The notes beneath the pieces are model-generated. The model ran no database searches. It saw only the letters and a list, made by a program, of their open reading frames with translations, and was not told the DNA's origin. From contig OZ076411.1 in assembly GCA_964187785.1 (NCBI GenBank), positions 46,190,001 to 46,254,000 of the forward strand: DNA of 64,000 nt. The letters run 5' to 3'. Both the position numbers and the translations under genes were made by a program. Within the stretch, counting starts at the first letter, position 1. Each line of letters opens with the position of its first letter. Positions 38,033-48,841 of the stretch are shown here, piece after piece. Source of the DNA: Amphiscolops sp. MND2022 (lineage: Eukaryota).

Positions 38033-38221
38033 TGTTAACGATATCTTCAACTTGGCAAAACAATGTATAATGGCAAATCTAAGTGAATTGACAGTATCAC
38101 AACATGTGGCGTGAATGAACAATTATTCTTTTTCTCACGCTCCTGCGTTGGCATGTACTTCTGTAAATATTGCATAATGATGTTACTATTTTATATCATG
38201 TTAATTTACAGATCCACCACA
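38033..38221 (-). repeat. 5' LTR (189 bp)
   Basis: Direct repeat of 32973-33161. Confidence 0.95.
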
Positions 38222-39957
38222 AGATGATGGCGGCAAACGCTCTGCTACAGTTTCCAAACAATTGGCTAAAAACAAAAAAGTGTCTTTTTCATATTTTGGA
38301 CGTATTGTACTTCTCGAGTTCTTTGCAAAGTAGTCTTCAATCTGAGTCATTATGGAGATGGGCAAAGGTTTTTTAATTTACTCAGACCACCTTTCGCAAA
38401 GGAAAAATTACGTTTTAATTGTAACGCCAAGCTAGCCAAGCCAGCAGTTTACATCTCATAACTGGGACGATGCCGGATTGCTTATACAGGAGACCATTGT
38501 CTTACTAAAACACTAGACAATAGTTTTTGATCCCAAAAAGGTCTCCTAGGATGGCTGTTCTAGTGTTGAAAAGATTCCTCCTTTTAGAGCTCCGTGGCGA
38601 CATTCCGGCGCACTCGAAGTCCGGACACGTCGCACAAGCACGTAAAAACCTTTCCTAAGGTCCCTGGGACTTCCTACATACCTCCGATGTCTAAAATAGG
38701 TGTTCAGCTGGAGTACATTGTATTTGCGGAAAAAGATCGAAAATGGAGAAAAGAGGGATCTGTTAGATCCGGCACCTTTATAAATATGCAAAATACATCA
38801 ATGGAAACGAATTTACTTAGAATCAGCACTTCAGGCACTATCACGAAGTTTTTGGAGTTTTTGCAATGATCCATGGGTTTCCGGGTCTTCCAAAACTTCA
38901 TCTCCGAGAAGCATTGTTTGGAGCTTTCCGAAAGAGATGACACAACACTGGGACTATTTCTATCTTCTTGCTCTTCTGGTGTTCTTGCATCCAGGGTGGT
39001 GGGGTAGGTTGTTGTGTCTGTCCACTTTTTTCGTCTTCCAGACTGATTTGAACTACCAGCCAGGTCGACCATTTTTATGTGCGATAGTTCACATTTTTGG
39101 ACCAATAAGCTTGACGTTACTCAGACCACTTTTCGCAACGGAAAAAAATACGTTATAATCTTCTTTATCTCATCAATGTTGTCCTGGAACGATTACTTGA
39201 ATCATAGTTCAATAGTATGGTCATGACAAAAAGAAAGAGTTTTTGACGGAGGAGACGTACAAGAAACGAGCAACGGTGAGCAATCCAACCTTCAAGACCT
39301 TGAGCGAGAACTTTTGAATTCAGAGCCTTAAGGCGCCCAAGCGTATGCAAATATGGCACAGGGTTTTATGCGATTTTGGGGAGACAAAATCAAAATTTGT
39401 CAACAGGCATTTAGCCAGAGGTACTTGTGTAAACGATTATTCTTTTAAGAATCCAATTGTCAGACTTTTTTGTCTTCTTCATGCAACTGGTTTACATTTT
39501 TTGTATCATTTGCAGTGTGATAAAACGTGCGCGAATCTTTGAAAAAAAGTTCTCAGAATATAAACTTCGTTTTAGATTTTAGATTGGTCACTTTTTGAAC
39601 AATGTTTTAGCCTCACAAGCATCGAAAGGGGGCCAAAAGAACCCCAACAGAATTTTGACAATTTTGCATTATCAATTTACCACAATTCTGAGACCAAAGA
39701 CTCCAGAAGGTACTCCAATAGAACCTTTCAAGACATAGTCAAGGTTTGAAGCATTTCCTCAAAAACCGCGCGGAGCATATCTGAACCTGGCTGTTCGTTT
39801 TGAGCCATCTCGACACATTCCCGCTGTCTTTTGCTTTTGGCAGCATGTTTGGGAGACTTGAAGGCAGTCGAAAAAAAGTGTGTGTGTGTGAGAGAGAAAT
39901 AGAATGAGAGAGAAAAATAGATTTCGATTTATTAGGTCAGCTAACAATGTAAAGTAC

Positions 39958-40336
39958 TGTTACGACTATTTCTCGGTGTTGTTTTAGGGTTAGTCGCAGT
40001 GTGTATCTTAACGGGAGTGGACGTCCTTGTTACGGGAACATTTTCGGGTTCAGAATCAGAGTCTTGGACGTTCATGTGGACAGTTTGTTTCTTGTTTAAA
40101 GGTGCTATCAGTTTAAGCATTTCCTTTTGGTTCTCTGCAAGTATTTTTGTTAAATCAGACATGATTTCTTTCCTTAGAGACGTTTTTATCTCAATCAGAC
40201 TCTCAGGTTCTATTCTAGGAACTTTGCTAGAGCTAGCTACAAGGTTTTCAGACGGAGAGTGTTCAGTTACAGAGGTTTCAAAATCTCCAGAAACTAACTC
40301 AGCTACAGCTTTCCATTTCTGGCTTCTAGTTGTCAT
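39958..40336 (-). pseudogene. gag: Gag N-terminus copy in the 3' LTR
   Basis: MTTRSQKWKAVAELVSGDFETS...KTTPRNSRN, nearly identical to 53459-53084 and ending at the LTR edge. Confidence 0.85.
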
Positions 40337-42093
40337 TTTTGCAGTTAGAAAAGTAGATTCTCCGGCAAAAGATTTTTGTTCAACGTTAAACAACGAAACA
40401 GTTTAAGTTTACTACAACTCACGAAGTTAACTAACTAAATTTACATGTCCTGTCTAAGTATTTATACCTTCTTAGCATCATTTGTTCCTCACCTAAAAAT
40501 TCCTAGGTATCATAAAAATCGTGTTTGTTCATCAAAAAGCGCTAATGATTCAAATTATTTCAGTCCCGCGTCATGAAATGAGGTATCAAAATTCCTAGTT
40601 GCGTCAGTATTCCGTAAAACTTCGTTGAAATCATTTTTGTTCAGGCGATCCATTTCCTGTCTAAGCCTTAAAACTGCGGCAAATAAAAGTCTAACTTATA
40701 TTTTCATCGGCGTAGGCACGCCGGCGTGATCAATTAGTCAATTCCTAACTCAAGAAAGTTGAGATTCGAAGCAAAAGAATGACTTGCAAAAATTGTAGCG
40801 GAACTGAAACGGAGCAAAGAGAATTTGAGAATGCGGATATTCGGATATTATTGAGGAACAAGCAATGCTAAGAAAATTATAATGATGACCAACATTTAAT
40901 TTGTGTAAACCGAACAACTGCACCTACACTAAACTCAAATTTGACCTATACATGGTCATAACGTAGCAAGTACAAACTACAAAGTACAAATAGGTAACAA
41001 AAAATACACCTGCAGACAACAATTACTTTGCACCCGAATGAACATCGTATATGAATAAATAAGACAGTTATCCTGCAGGAATAGCACTTGGTTTAGATTT
41101 GACGTTATTCTTACGTTACGTTCTGTGAAATATTTTAGCGATAAGTCACTAATTACTGATTACATAAAACTCTTAGTGTAACGTAAGATAAACGTGATTT
41201 AGGAGATTATTGTAATAGCACAGCATCGTTACCCTTTGATCATAGTTCTAACTTCTCTTTACGGTACAACTTTTTACATGAGGACTTATTTCCACAATCC
41301 TTTAAGTGTGTCGATTCAGAAAAAACCTCGTTTGATTTCCGTTTAAACTAATGCTTCATCGCTACTATTTTACGAATTGCTCCGTAGGTGCTCCGTACGT
41401 ATTGAGATCAACTATAGCTGAGCAGCGGAACACAATTTTACAATTCGCTCCGTAGCTGCTCTGTACGTATTAAGATTAGTTATAGCCAAGCAGCAGTAGC
41501 AAACGGAGTTAAAGCGGAGAGCTTAGGCGGATTCATTCTTTCTTTTAGCTAATTGGCGTTGCTAGGGACAACCAAGCGTGGTTTCTATAAACTGGAGCTC
41601 AAATAATTCAACTAAGGAGCGACGCTATTGGTCCGTAAAAATAGAAACACCTATTACCAGCTTAGTTGAGTGACGCAGTCAAGGCGTTCCAAACCTTCTC
41701 TTAAGTTGCTTGATTGCATTCTTAAGTGAATATTGACAACCATTTAACCGCCGGAAAACACTTCCACTAATCTGTCTGTACGTTCTTTCAATTTAGATCG
41801 TATGCACTCCGTTGGGATCTCGGAGTTGAGTATTATTTTCGATGTTTTCATTTTAGTGTGGAACAGAAGAAAAATGATCCCGATTAGGGAATGTTTCTGT
41901 CCTAATGTTTAGATTAGTATGGCTAAAATCAGAAGACAATACCGGAAGTGAGAGTAGCGTTACGCGTGAAAATATTTGACCGGAAGTTTTAGCTAGTTTA
42001 GAATCATTTCTGGAAATATTCCGTAACGCTTACGTTGGATTTTCACATTCGGAGAATTACTTGCAATTAATTTAGCTGTACTGTAAAGAGAGT

Positions 42094-43187
42094 TTAGGTT
42101 AGTTCATCAAAGTTCCTAAGTTCAATGATAATTACCTCGGCCTTGTCCCCGGCCTCTGCCAAATCCTGGGATGCTACTGCAACAGGTGAAATTACGACCG
42201 GGACTGTGTTTGGGGATCTTTCATTTCCCAGAACAGGGATATTTTCTGTCTCCTTTAGAACATGTGTGCGTTTTATTGGGGAGGGCAGACATTGCGGAGA
42301 GTCCGGCTCTTCGTAATAATCCGTGTCAGAGTCAGCTGTTGGTAGGTTGAAAGTGACTCTTCCTATTCTTCTTTTCTTTTTAGGCGTCGGTGCCGTTTTT
42401 TCAGGTGACTCGAAAGTGGAGTTTAGTTCCGCTTCGCTTCCGCGATAGACTTCGACGGAGGAATCACTCAAATATCCCACCATGTTAGGAGGCAGTGTGT
42501 TTAGCGGCGTGCTTGTTTTATTGATTTCCTCATCTGACGAGATGTCGATAACTAGCGAATAGCCGTTCATTTTAGTGGGAAAAATTGATATGAACTATTT
42601 TGGAGAGATTGCAGGCAGTTTGTTGGCAAAGATTTCTTATAATCCTTCGGAAAGTTCAGAAAATTTTAAGTTGGTCAAGCTTCTGTGAAAATTGGACGAC
42701 AAGTGAACGTTTCAAATTCTTTTCCTTCGTGATTTTCATCGAAATTCTATTGGTTGGTTTTTCCGTTTTCGTTCCGGTGCGTCCTGATTTAAGAAAAGGA
42801 AAGTCTTTCCAACTGCGCTGTGATTGGCTGAAACTTGTCGGAAAAGTTTCTAATTTTATCTTCCGTTTCTTTCTCGGTTAATGACGTAATCACGTCATCG
42901 ATTTCTTCTCGAATATTCTGCGTTCCTAATCCGTAATTTTTAAAATGACATCTTTTCAGAACTTCTTGATGATTTTTATCCACCTGTAGAATAACTTGGA
43001 GACGTTTTGTTTCCATCAATGCCATAATAGGCTTTCACTAAAGTTGAAGATTAGAGGATTTTTCCAAATACGTAAGGATGACGTTGTTAATTTTTTTAAG
43101 GGTATTTACGTTCATTTGGCGTGATTGTTCTTCTTTGCTGATTGTTGTTTTTGTTTTAGATTTCTTTTGAGAACAACTGTTCGCCAT
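42094..43187 (-). pseudogene. LTR cargo gene 2, unknown product (sense to gag-pol), disrupted
   Basis: MANSCSQKKSKTK... is in frame with MALMETKRLQ... across TAG TGA (43040-43035). Ends in the 158-codon acidic/Ser-Pro ORF 42570-42094 with an NLS-like PKKKRR. Confidence 0.5.
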
Positions 43188-46100
43188 GGATGAAGATTCT
43201 GATCTCCCTCCTCTCACTCCTGCTCCCAAAACTGGGTTCGTTAGCGGAAATGAAACAAACTTCTGTTTCACTGACGATGACGTCTTCCATTCCGAGGTGG
43301 AGGTTACAGTTACTTCCTCAGGTTGGTAAAAATCTTTCTGACTTCCATGGGTATTTGGACTATTGTTTTTTGGTGATCAGCCGGTTTAGTCTTACCCGAA
43401 ACTCTGACGTGTCTGAATCCAGATCTTGATTTTCAGTAACTCAACCTGGCACTTCTTTGGCTGTTGTTCCCGTTACTTTGGCGGATGAAACTTTTGTCGT
43501 CAACACAGAAATGTCAACATTGGAGCCTTCTGTTGTTCCTCTTTCTTGTGCCTCTAATCCTGTGATTTCACCAGTTTGCACTGTTACTAGTGCACAACCG
43601 ACTCGTTGGTTCCCGTGGATTGTGTGGTTGGGTCACTTGCTTCCCCTGATGTCAGGACCTCGTGTGCTGTTCTCCCTGAGCTGTCCGGAATACTTTCGTC
43701 TGGACTGGCATTGAATTTGGAAACCCAAGTAGGTGAGGCTGATCCCCCCACTAGTGATGAAGGAGGTGACGAGGACGAAAGCCAGCCGGGAGGTGCGGGT
43801 AATATCATTTTGTAGTGAGCAGGGTTTGCATTGTGTTATTTTGTTCACTTCCTAGATAATGTTCTTTGTAGGTTCAACCGTATTTCCATTCCGAAAGGTG
43901 AACGTGCGCTTTGAAACACCTCCCAAACGACGGAAGGAAGGTGAGTCCGCGATTGCTTTCCAAGGGTGTAGCAGCCAGAGTGGCGATCTTGTTCCGTCAT
44001 CTGAGGCTAAATATGCTGTTTTTCCCGAGATGAAAGAATTTGGTCGGCATCTGATGGCGGAAGTGGAAGCCCGTACGAGATAACATTTAGAGTCTGGTTA
44101 GTTAGATGATTATTGCATTGGTGTGAGTTTTGTTTCTGTGGTATCTGTATGTTATTGATGTTATTGCCTGGAGGGTATGCGCTTGGCCTGGAGTTTATAT
44201 TGGGCTGTTTATTGTAGGCTTCAGCGAACTTGTGGACAAGGTGGAAAGTCGTTTGGAGCGTCCAAAAAAGAAATACAGCAGTCGTAATTTGATTCATCGT
44301 CGGATGCAGTCTCTAAATCCTGTCTTTGGGGATTTTGTGACGGGCTCACAACGTGGTAGTGCTGAGGTTTTCTTCTGCCGGGTATGCAAGCGTGATGTGA
44401 AGATGGGCTCGCATGGTTCATCGGAATTTGTTCGTCACTTCGAGTCCAAGAAGCACATGGAGCAAGATGTGGTGTACCGTTTGCACATGGGGCTGCCGAC
44501 ATACAACAAATTAATGGAACCAATGACCCTGTCTAGTCGTCAAGAGGAAGAGTTTCGTTCCCGACCTTTCGTCAATTTGGGTCCTGAATTTCCTTTTCCC
44601 GAAGATTTGTTGCCAAAGCATTCAAGGGTTGGTTCGAAAGTTCCTTTTATGACCCTTGTTTCCTGCTTCTGTGACTGGTTACGTAGTGGCGGCGATTTTT
44701 CTTTGGTGCGACGGCTGTGGGGGCATTTCCTGGCTACGTTGGGCAAGCGTGAGCCCGAGTCCACTCTGAAGTTGAGTCGTTCTGAAACTGCGGTGAGTAT
44801 GATATTTGTGCATGGTAGTTGCTAGGGTTGTTGTTTTGCTGCCACTGGTTTTGAAAAAATCTAGAGCGGGGGGAATATTGGAAATCATATTCATTAGTGT
44901 GTTGTATCTGTGTTTTTATAGTCGTTCCTGTGTCAAGGCGTTGCTCCGCGAGTGTTACGTGTCGTTCTGAATGGTGCATCTGCTTTCGGTGATTATTCTG
45001 TGCAATACGAGAAAGACACTGAGGAGGAACGCTGTTTCATTGTCTTTTGGGAAGAAGAGCATCTCAAGAAGGTCTGCATTGGTAGTGAGCCATTGGAGCA
45101 GCTTGTGCCGTATGCTGAAATCACGCCCTTGTCTCGGTTCGTGTGTTGTTTCCAGAGTGTGAAACTTCCTGTGTCGATAGCTGGAGTCAGTCCGTCTTTG
45201 CTACGCGTGTTGAGTGATAATCGTGTTGACGGGAAGAAGTTTGTGGTCTGTCAATCGTTCACTGGTTGCGCGGGGGGGTTGTGGTTCCTTTCCTCAGTGG
45301 TCATTATTTCTGTTGTTTTCTAGATGCAGGGTAAAGATTGGTTGCTGGTGGCGGATAATCTGATTGTGTATCGATTCAGATTGCTTCGTTTCATTCTCGA
45401 CACATGTGAGTTTACTTTGCGTTCTTTGTTTCCCTTTGACTGTATCTGACTTGGTGTATTTGTGATTTGACTATGTTGACTTTGATTGTTTGTCGCCATT
45501 GGGAATAGCATATATCCGTATCTGTGAATATGTCGTTTTGCTTTAGACTATATCAACTTTGAGAAACTGGAACAAGGACGGAGTGGCTACGCATTTCATG
45601 CATACGGCGAGGTTTGCAATTTCAATTACTGCTTGTTGTTGAAGACGCGAGTGTCGAAACATCTCCCTGGCATAGTCGAGTGGGAAGAGTATATGGATGC
45701 GTCTGCAGTCAGTACTTTCACCAGCATTCCCATTCACGAGTTTCTGATGAACTATGAGTTCGGGAGGTTATTGTCAGAAGGAAAAACAAATGATTTTGTG
45801 ACGTTTCGTCTTCGATGTCGTGAGTTCATCGACCGCCTGATTGTGATGTTGCTGAAGACTACCAGTACTACGTCGGCTGTTAGTAAAGGCCTGTACAGCT
45901 TTTGTCCAGAGATGATGCTGGAGAGCGACGACACTACCGCGTTTGCATTATTTGCTGGTTTGTGTAAAGTGTTGGAAACTTGTGGTGTCATTGCATTTGA
46001 TGTGTCCAGGGTTGCCGTGGAAGAGTATACCAGTTATGTGGTGGAAAGGCGGAAAAGCCATTTGAGTTCTGGGCAGGCTGCAAGTGCTATTACGGATGTG

Positions 46101-46707
46101 GTACGTTATCTGTTGTTGGATTTTGGTTTCCAAGCGCGGCATCGAATTCTTCGTGTACTTAAACTTTGCTGTTTATTCGTGGGGATGCCTGCTGTCAAAT
46201 ACCCTGCTGTGACTTTTGATCTTAGTGGTAGTGCTTGGGAGCCTCGATCTTTCCAAAACTGCTTGCGTCTTGTGCAATCGTACGTTATGTGTGCGGGGTA
46301 TTCTCCTCAGGGTCTCTTCAGTGATCAGACTGTTAGTGCTGTTCAACGAGCTGTATCCGATGCTGGTATTTTCTTCGTGACTGCTGGGTTTGATTTGTGG
46401 AGTAGTTTTTACCGTGCTGATAGTGATGCTTTTCTTACGCAGCAAGCGACCCTGTACAACGAGTTTTTGGATGAACGACGCAAGGCCTTTGATGCTGAAT
46501 ATAGTTCTTGTAATGCTGCTAATAGTCTGCCTCGCGTATGTGCCGGTAGTAAAACCTCCAGTCGCCGGTCACATTCTGAATGCTGGTACAGTGTTCCAGA
46601 AAAAGAATGCGAGTGGGTCGAAAAAATCCGTTTTCGGTAGCAAGTTGGATGCTCCTATTTTGTCAAAAAAGAAAAAGAAGCCGGTGAAGAAACCTTCGAA
46701 CAATTGA
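43186..46707 (+). pseudogene. LTR cargo gene 1: 7-exon gene for a zinc-finger, hAT-transposase-like protein, antisense to gag-pol, two frameshifts in this copy
   Basis: Exons 43186-43321, 43437-43792, 43872-44072, 44218-44792, 44922-45245, 45324-45405, 45547-46707. GT-AG introns with phases 1,1,1,0,0,1. Zinc finger FFCRVC-x16-H-x5-H. Frameshifts near 43598 and 46540. Confidence 0.7.
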
Positions 46708-46890
46708 TGTATGGTTGATGTTTCTTCTGAACTGAGATTTCTGATGCTGTAATTGTTCATATTTGATATAAATAAGGATGATGTTTGCAGTTAATTTTGT
46801 GGCTTTTGTCCATAGTATTTACGTAGTTTTAGAAAGTTTCATAAATTTAACGTAGCCACTCCGGTTCGGTTTGGTGTACTGAGTTTTTAT

Positions 46891-48740
46891 CTAGTCTTGA
46901 GTTGGACGTGAGTCCTCCGTAGTAGCTGAGTCAAGCATTCGAAAGTCAGGATTGACATTAGGTCTCGGATTAGGTCGTAAGTTGTATCTTCCCACTTTTC
47001 TAGGATTATATCCAACGACGAAAGGCGGCTTTTCGGGAGTTTTGGGAGGGCTTTGTATCGGTGGTGGAATCAAAATATATGGATTGGGGCTGATATCTAG
47101 GTCAAATGACCTAACGTTGTCGGAGGGTGTTTTATCCTCTTCAGTATTTTCATTTGTGGCTGTTTGAACCACGTCATTTTCCGTTGTAGCTTCGCTTCTT
47201 TCTGTTTTAACCACGTCATTTTCCGTTGTAACTTCGCTTGTGGCTGTTTTAACTACGTCATTTTCCGCTGTAATTTCGCCGTTTTCTGTTGCGTCTGCAA
47301 TTTCTGTAACTGTAGCTTCTTCGGCGGCGTTTTCCGTAGTGTTTCCGATTAGAACTTCTCCGAATTCGGTTTCCCAAGCTTGCGCGTACCAATCATTGTG
47401 GGTTGTTTTAACCTCTGGATCTGGAAGGTAATCTTCCCTTCTGACTGTTACGTCAGGTACTCGCTGATGGGCGCATATAGCCTTAGGCGAATTCTATGGA
47501 GAGTTTGAGTTTACCGAGGTCCCGTGCGACGTACGACGTAGTTGTTGTTTGAGAGTACTTTGACGACTATGTAGGGACCAGTCCAAATGCAGTCTTTGAA
47601 AGCGAATTTCATCGATTGGTTGTCTGCCTTCGGATTAAGAACGTAGCAGTAGTCGTTGACTTTGAGCGGTGTAGCCGTTGCTTTCTTGTCATAGTACTGT
47701 TTGTATTTGAGGTAAGACAGCATTAAGTTCTCTTTGGCGGCTTGGTGTATTTCGTTTATTTGTTTCTGTAGTTGATCCGTTAATTCTTCGTTGTGATCTT
47801 TTTCGCAATTAGGTTTCAATCCGAGTTTGATGTCCAAAATGTTGTACGGGATGCCTCCGTGAAATACTGTTGTAGGTTCGCAGCCTAGACTTTCATGGTA
47901 GCTCGTATTGTAGTTCATGACTGCGATCTGGACGTATTTGTGCCACATGGAACGTCGTTCTCCCGTAGATATTTTTAGTGAAGTTTTCAATGAGGCATGT
48001 GTTCGTTCTAGTATACCAATCGTTTGGGCATGTTTCGTTGATGCATGGTTTATCCGTATGTCAAGCGTTTGAGCTATTTGATTGTCTACCTCCGATCTGA
48101 ACTGTGATACTTTATCCGTTAGTATGACGGTTGGTAGGTAGCAATGCCTTGTCATGGCATCAATTATACATCGTGCCACTGTTTTTGCTGTCATGTCCTG
48201 AGTCGGGTATGCGAAAAGGTAACGCGAGAAGACATCCATCATTGTGTTGATATCCATTTGAGGAAGGTAGATTCGGTAAGATGTCTACTTCTAGGCAATC
48301 CTCTGGTCCCATTGTAAATTCAGTGTTGCTTAGCACTTTGGGACGTATCTGTCTCGTGTCAGTTCTTTTGTTGGCAATGCAATCTGGACAACTGGTTACC
48401 CAAGCTCTGATTTTGCGTGCAAGACCCAAAGTATTTCGCTCTGCATTCCTGTATCATTTTGGTAATTCCTGGGTGCTCATTTGTTTTCCCATGCAAAGTG
48501 GACAAAAGTTCTGGGACTAGGTGTTTTGGGATTATGATTTGATTGTGTGTAACTGATCCGTCTTCTCCGTAGTACTTCCGCATTAGAACTCCATCTTTCA
48601 TTATGATTCTTTCTTCGTGTCGTAATAGGTTTCGTCCTCGTTGTTCAGTTTTGAGAAGAGGTTTGTCATATTCTTCGTGTGAGATCCGTTGTTTCAGTGC
48701 TTTGAGGAGAGGATCTGCATCTTGTTCGTAGACTGCGGAG
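46891..48740 (-). pseudogene. pol: Integrase (HHCC, core, GPY/F) with a low-complexity C-terminal tail, frameshifted
   Basis: HGKTNEHPGITK..C..C, VDILPNLP, ILTDKVSQF, HAQTIGILERTH, WTGPYIVVK. The tail ends GRYNLRPNPRP...*. Confidence 0.9.
47167..47290. repeat. Three 42-bp tandem repeats (14-aa TTENDVV-type repeat) in the integrase tail
   Basis: aaccacgtcattttccgttgta.cttcgctt... three times. Confidence 0.85.
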
Positions 48741-48841
48741 TTGAGTGGTATCTTGATGACTTCTGTTACTTTTGTTGATAGTTCTTTCTCGTGTTCGTCT
48801 ATAGCACGTCGCTTGCTGAGTGCTTTTCGGGCGAAGATTTC

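Larger units (their letters stand above)
32973..38221 (-). mobile_element. Full-length degenerate Ty3/gypsy LTR retrotransposon (5249 bp, 189-bp LTRs)
   Basis: LTRs at 38033-38221 and 32973-33161 (TGT...ACA, about 12 mismatches by hand count), PBS, PPT, and domain order gag-PR-RT-RH-IN with many stops and frameshifts. Confidence 0.95.
39958..46858 (-). repeat. Candidate giant 3' LTR (~6.9 kb) with cargo genes
   Basis: The end at 39958 is firm. Homology with the 5' copy proves at least 2.25 kb. Candidate start TGGCTACG (imperfect inverted repeat of the CGTAACA end) lies about 30 bp after the pol stop. The upstream PPT is weak, so the start is inferred. Confidence 0.55.

Noticed and set aside
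39958-40596. A second truncated element in tandem (LTR-interior-LTR-interior)
   Set aside because: The gag-like piece stops exactly at the LTR terminus, and the same holds in a TSD-bounded solo LTR, so it is part of the LTR.
40597-46860. Errantivirus-style AGT...ACT LTR termini
   Set aside because: Considered first, but homology continues to 39958/53084, where CA|TGG (PBS) versus CA|flank defines the true LTR end.
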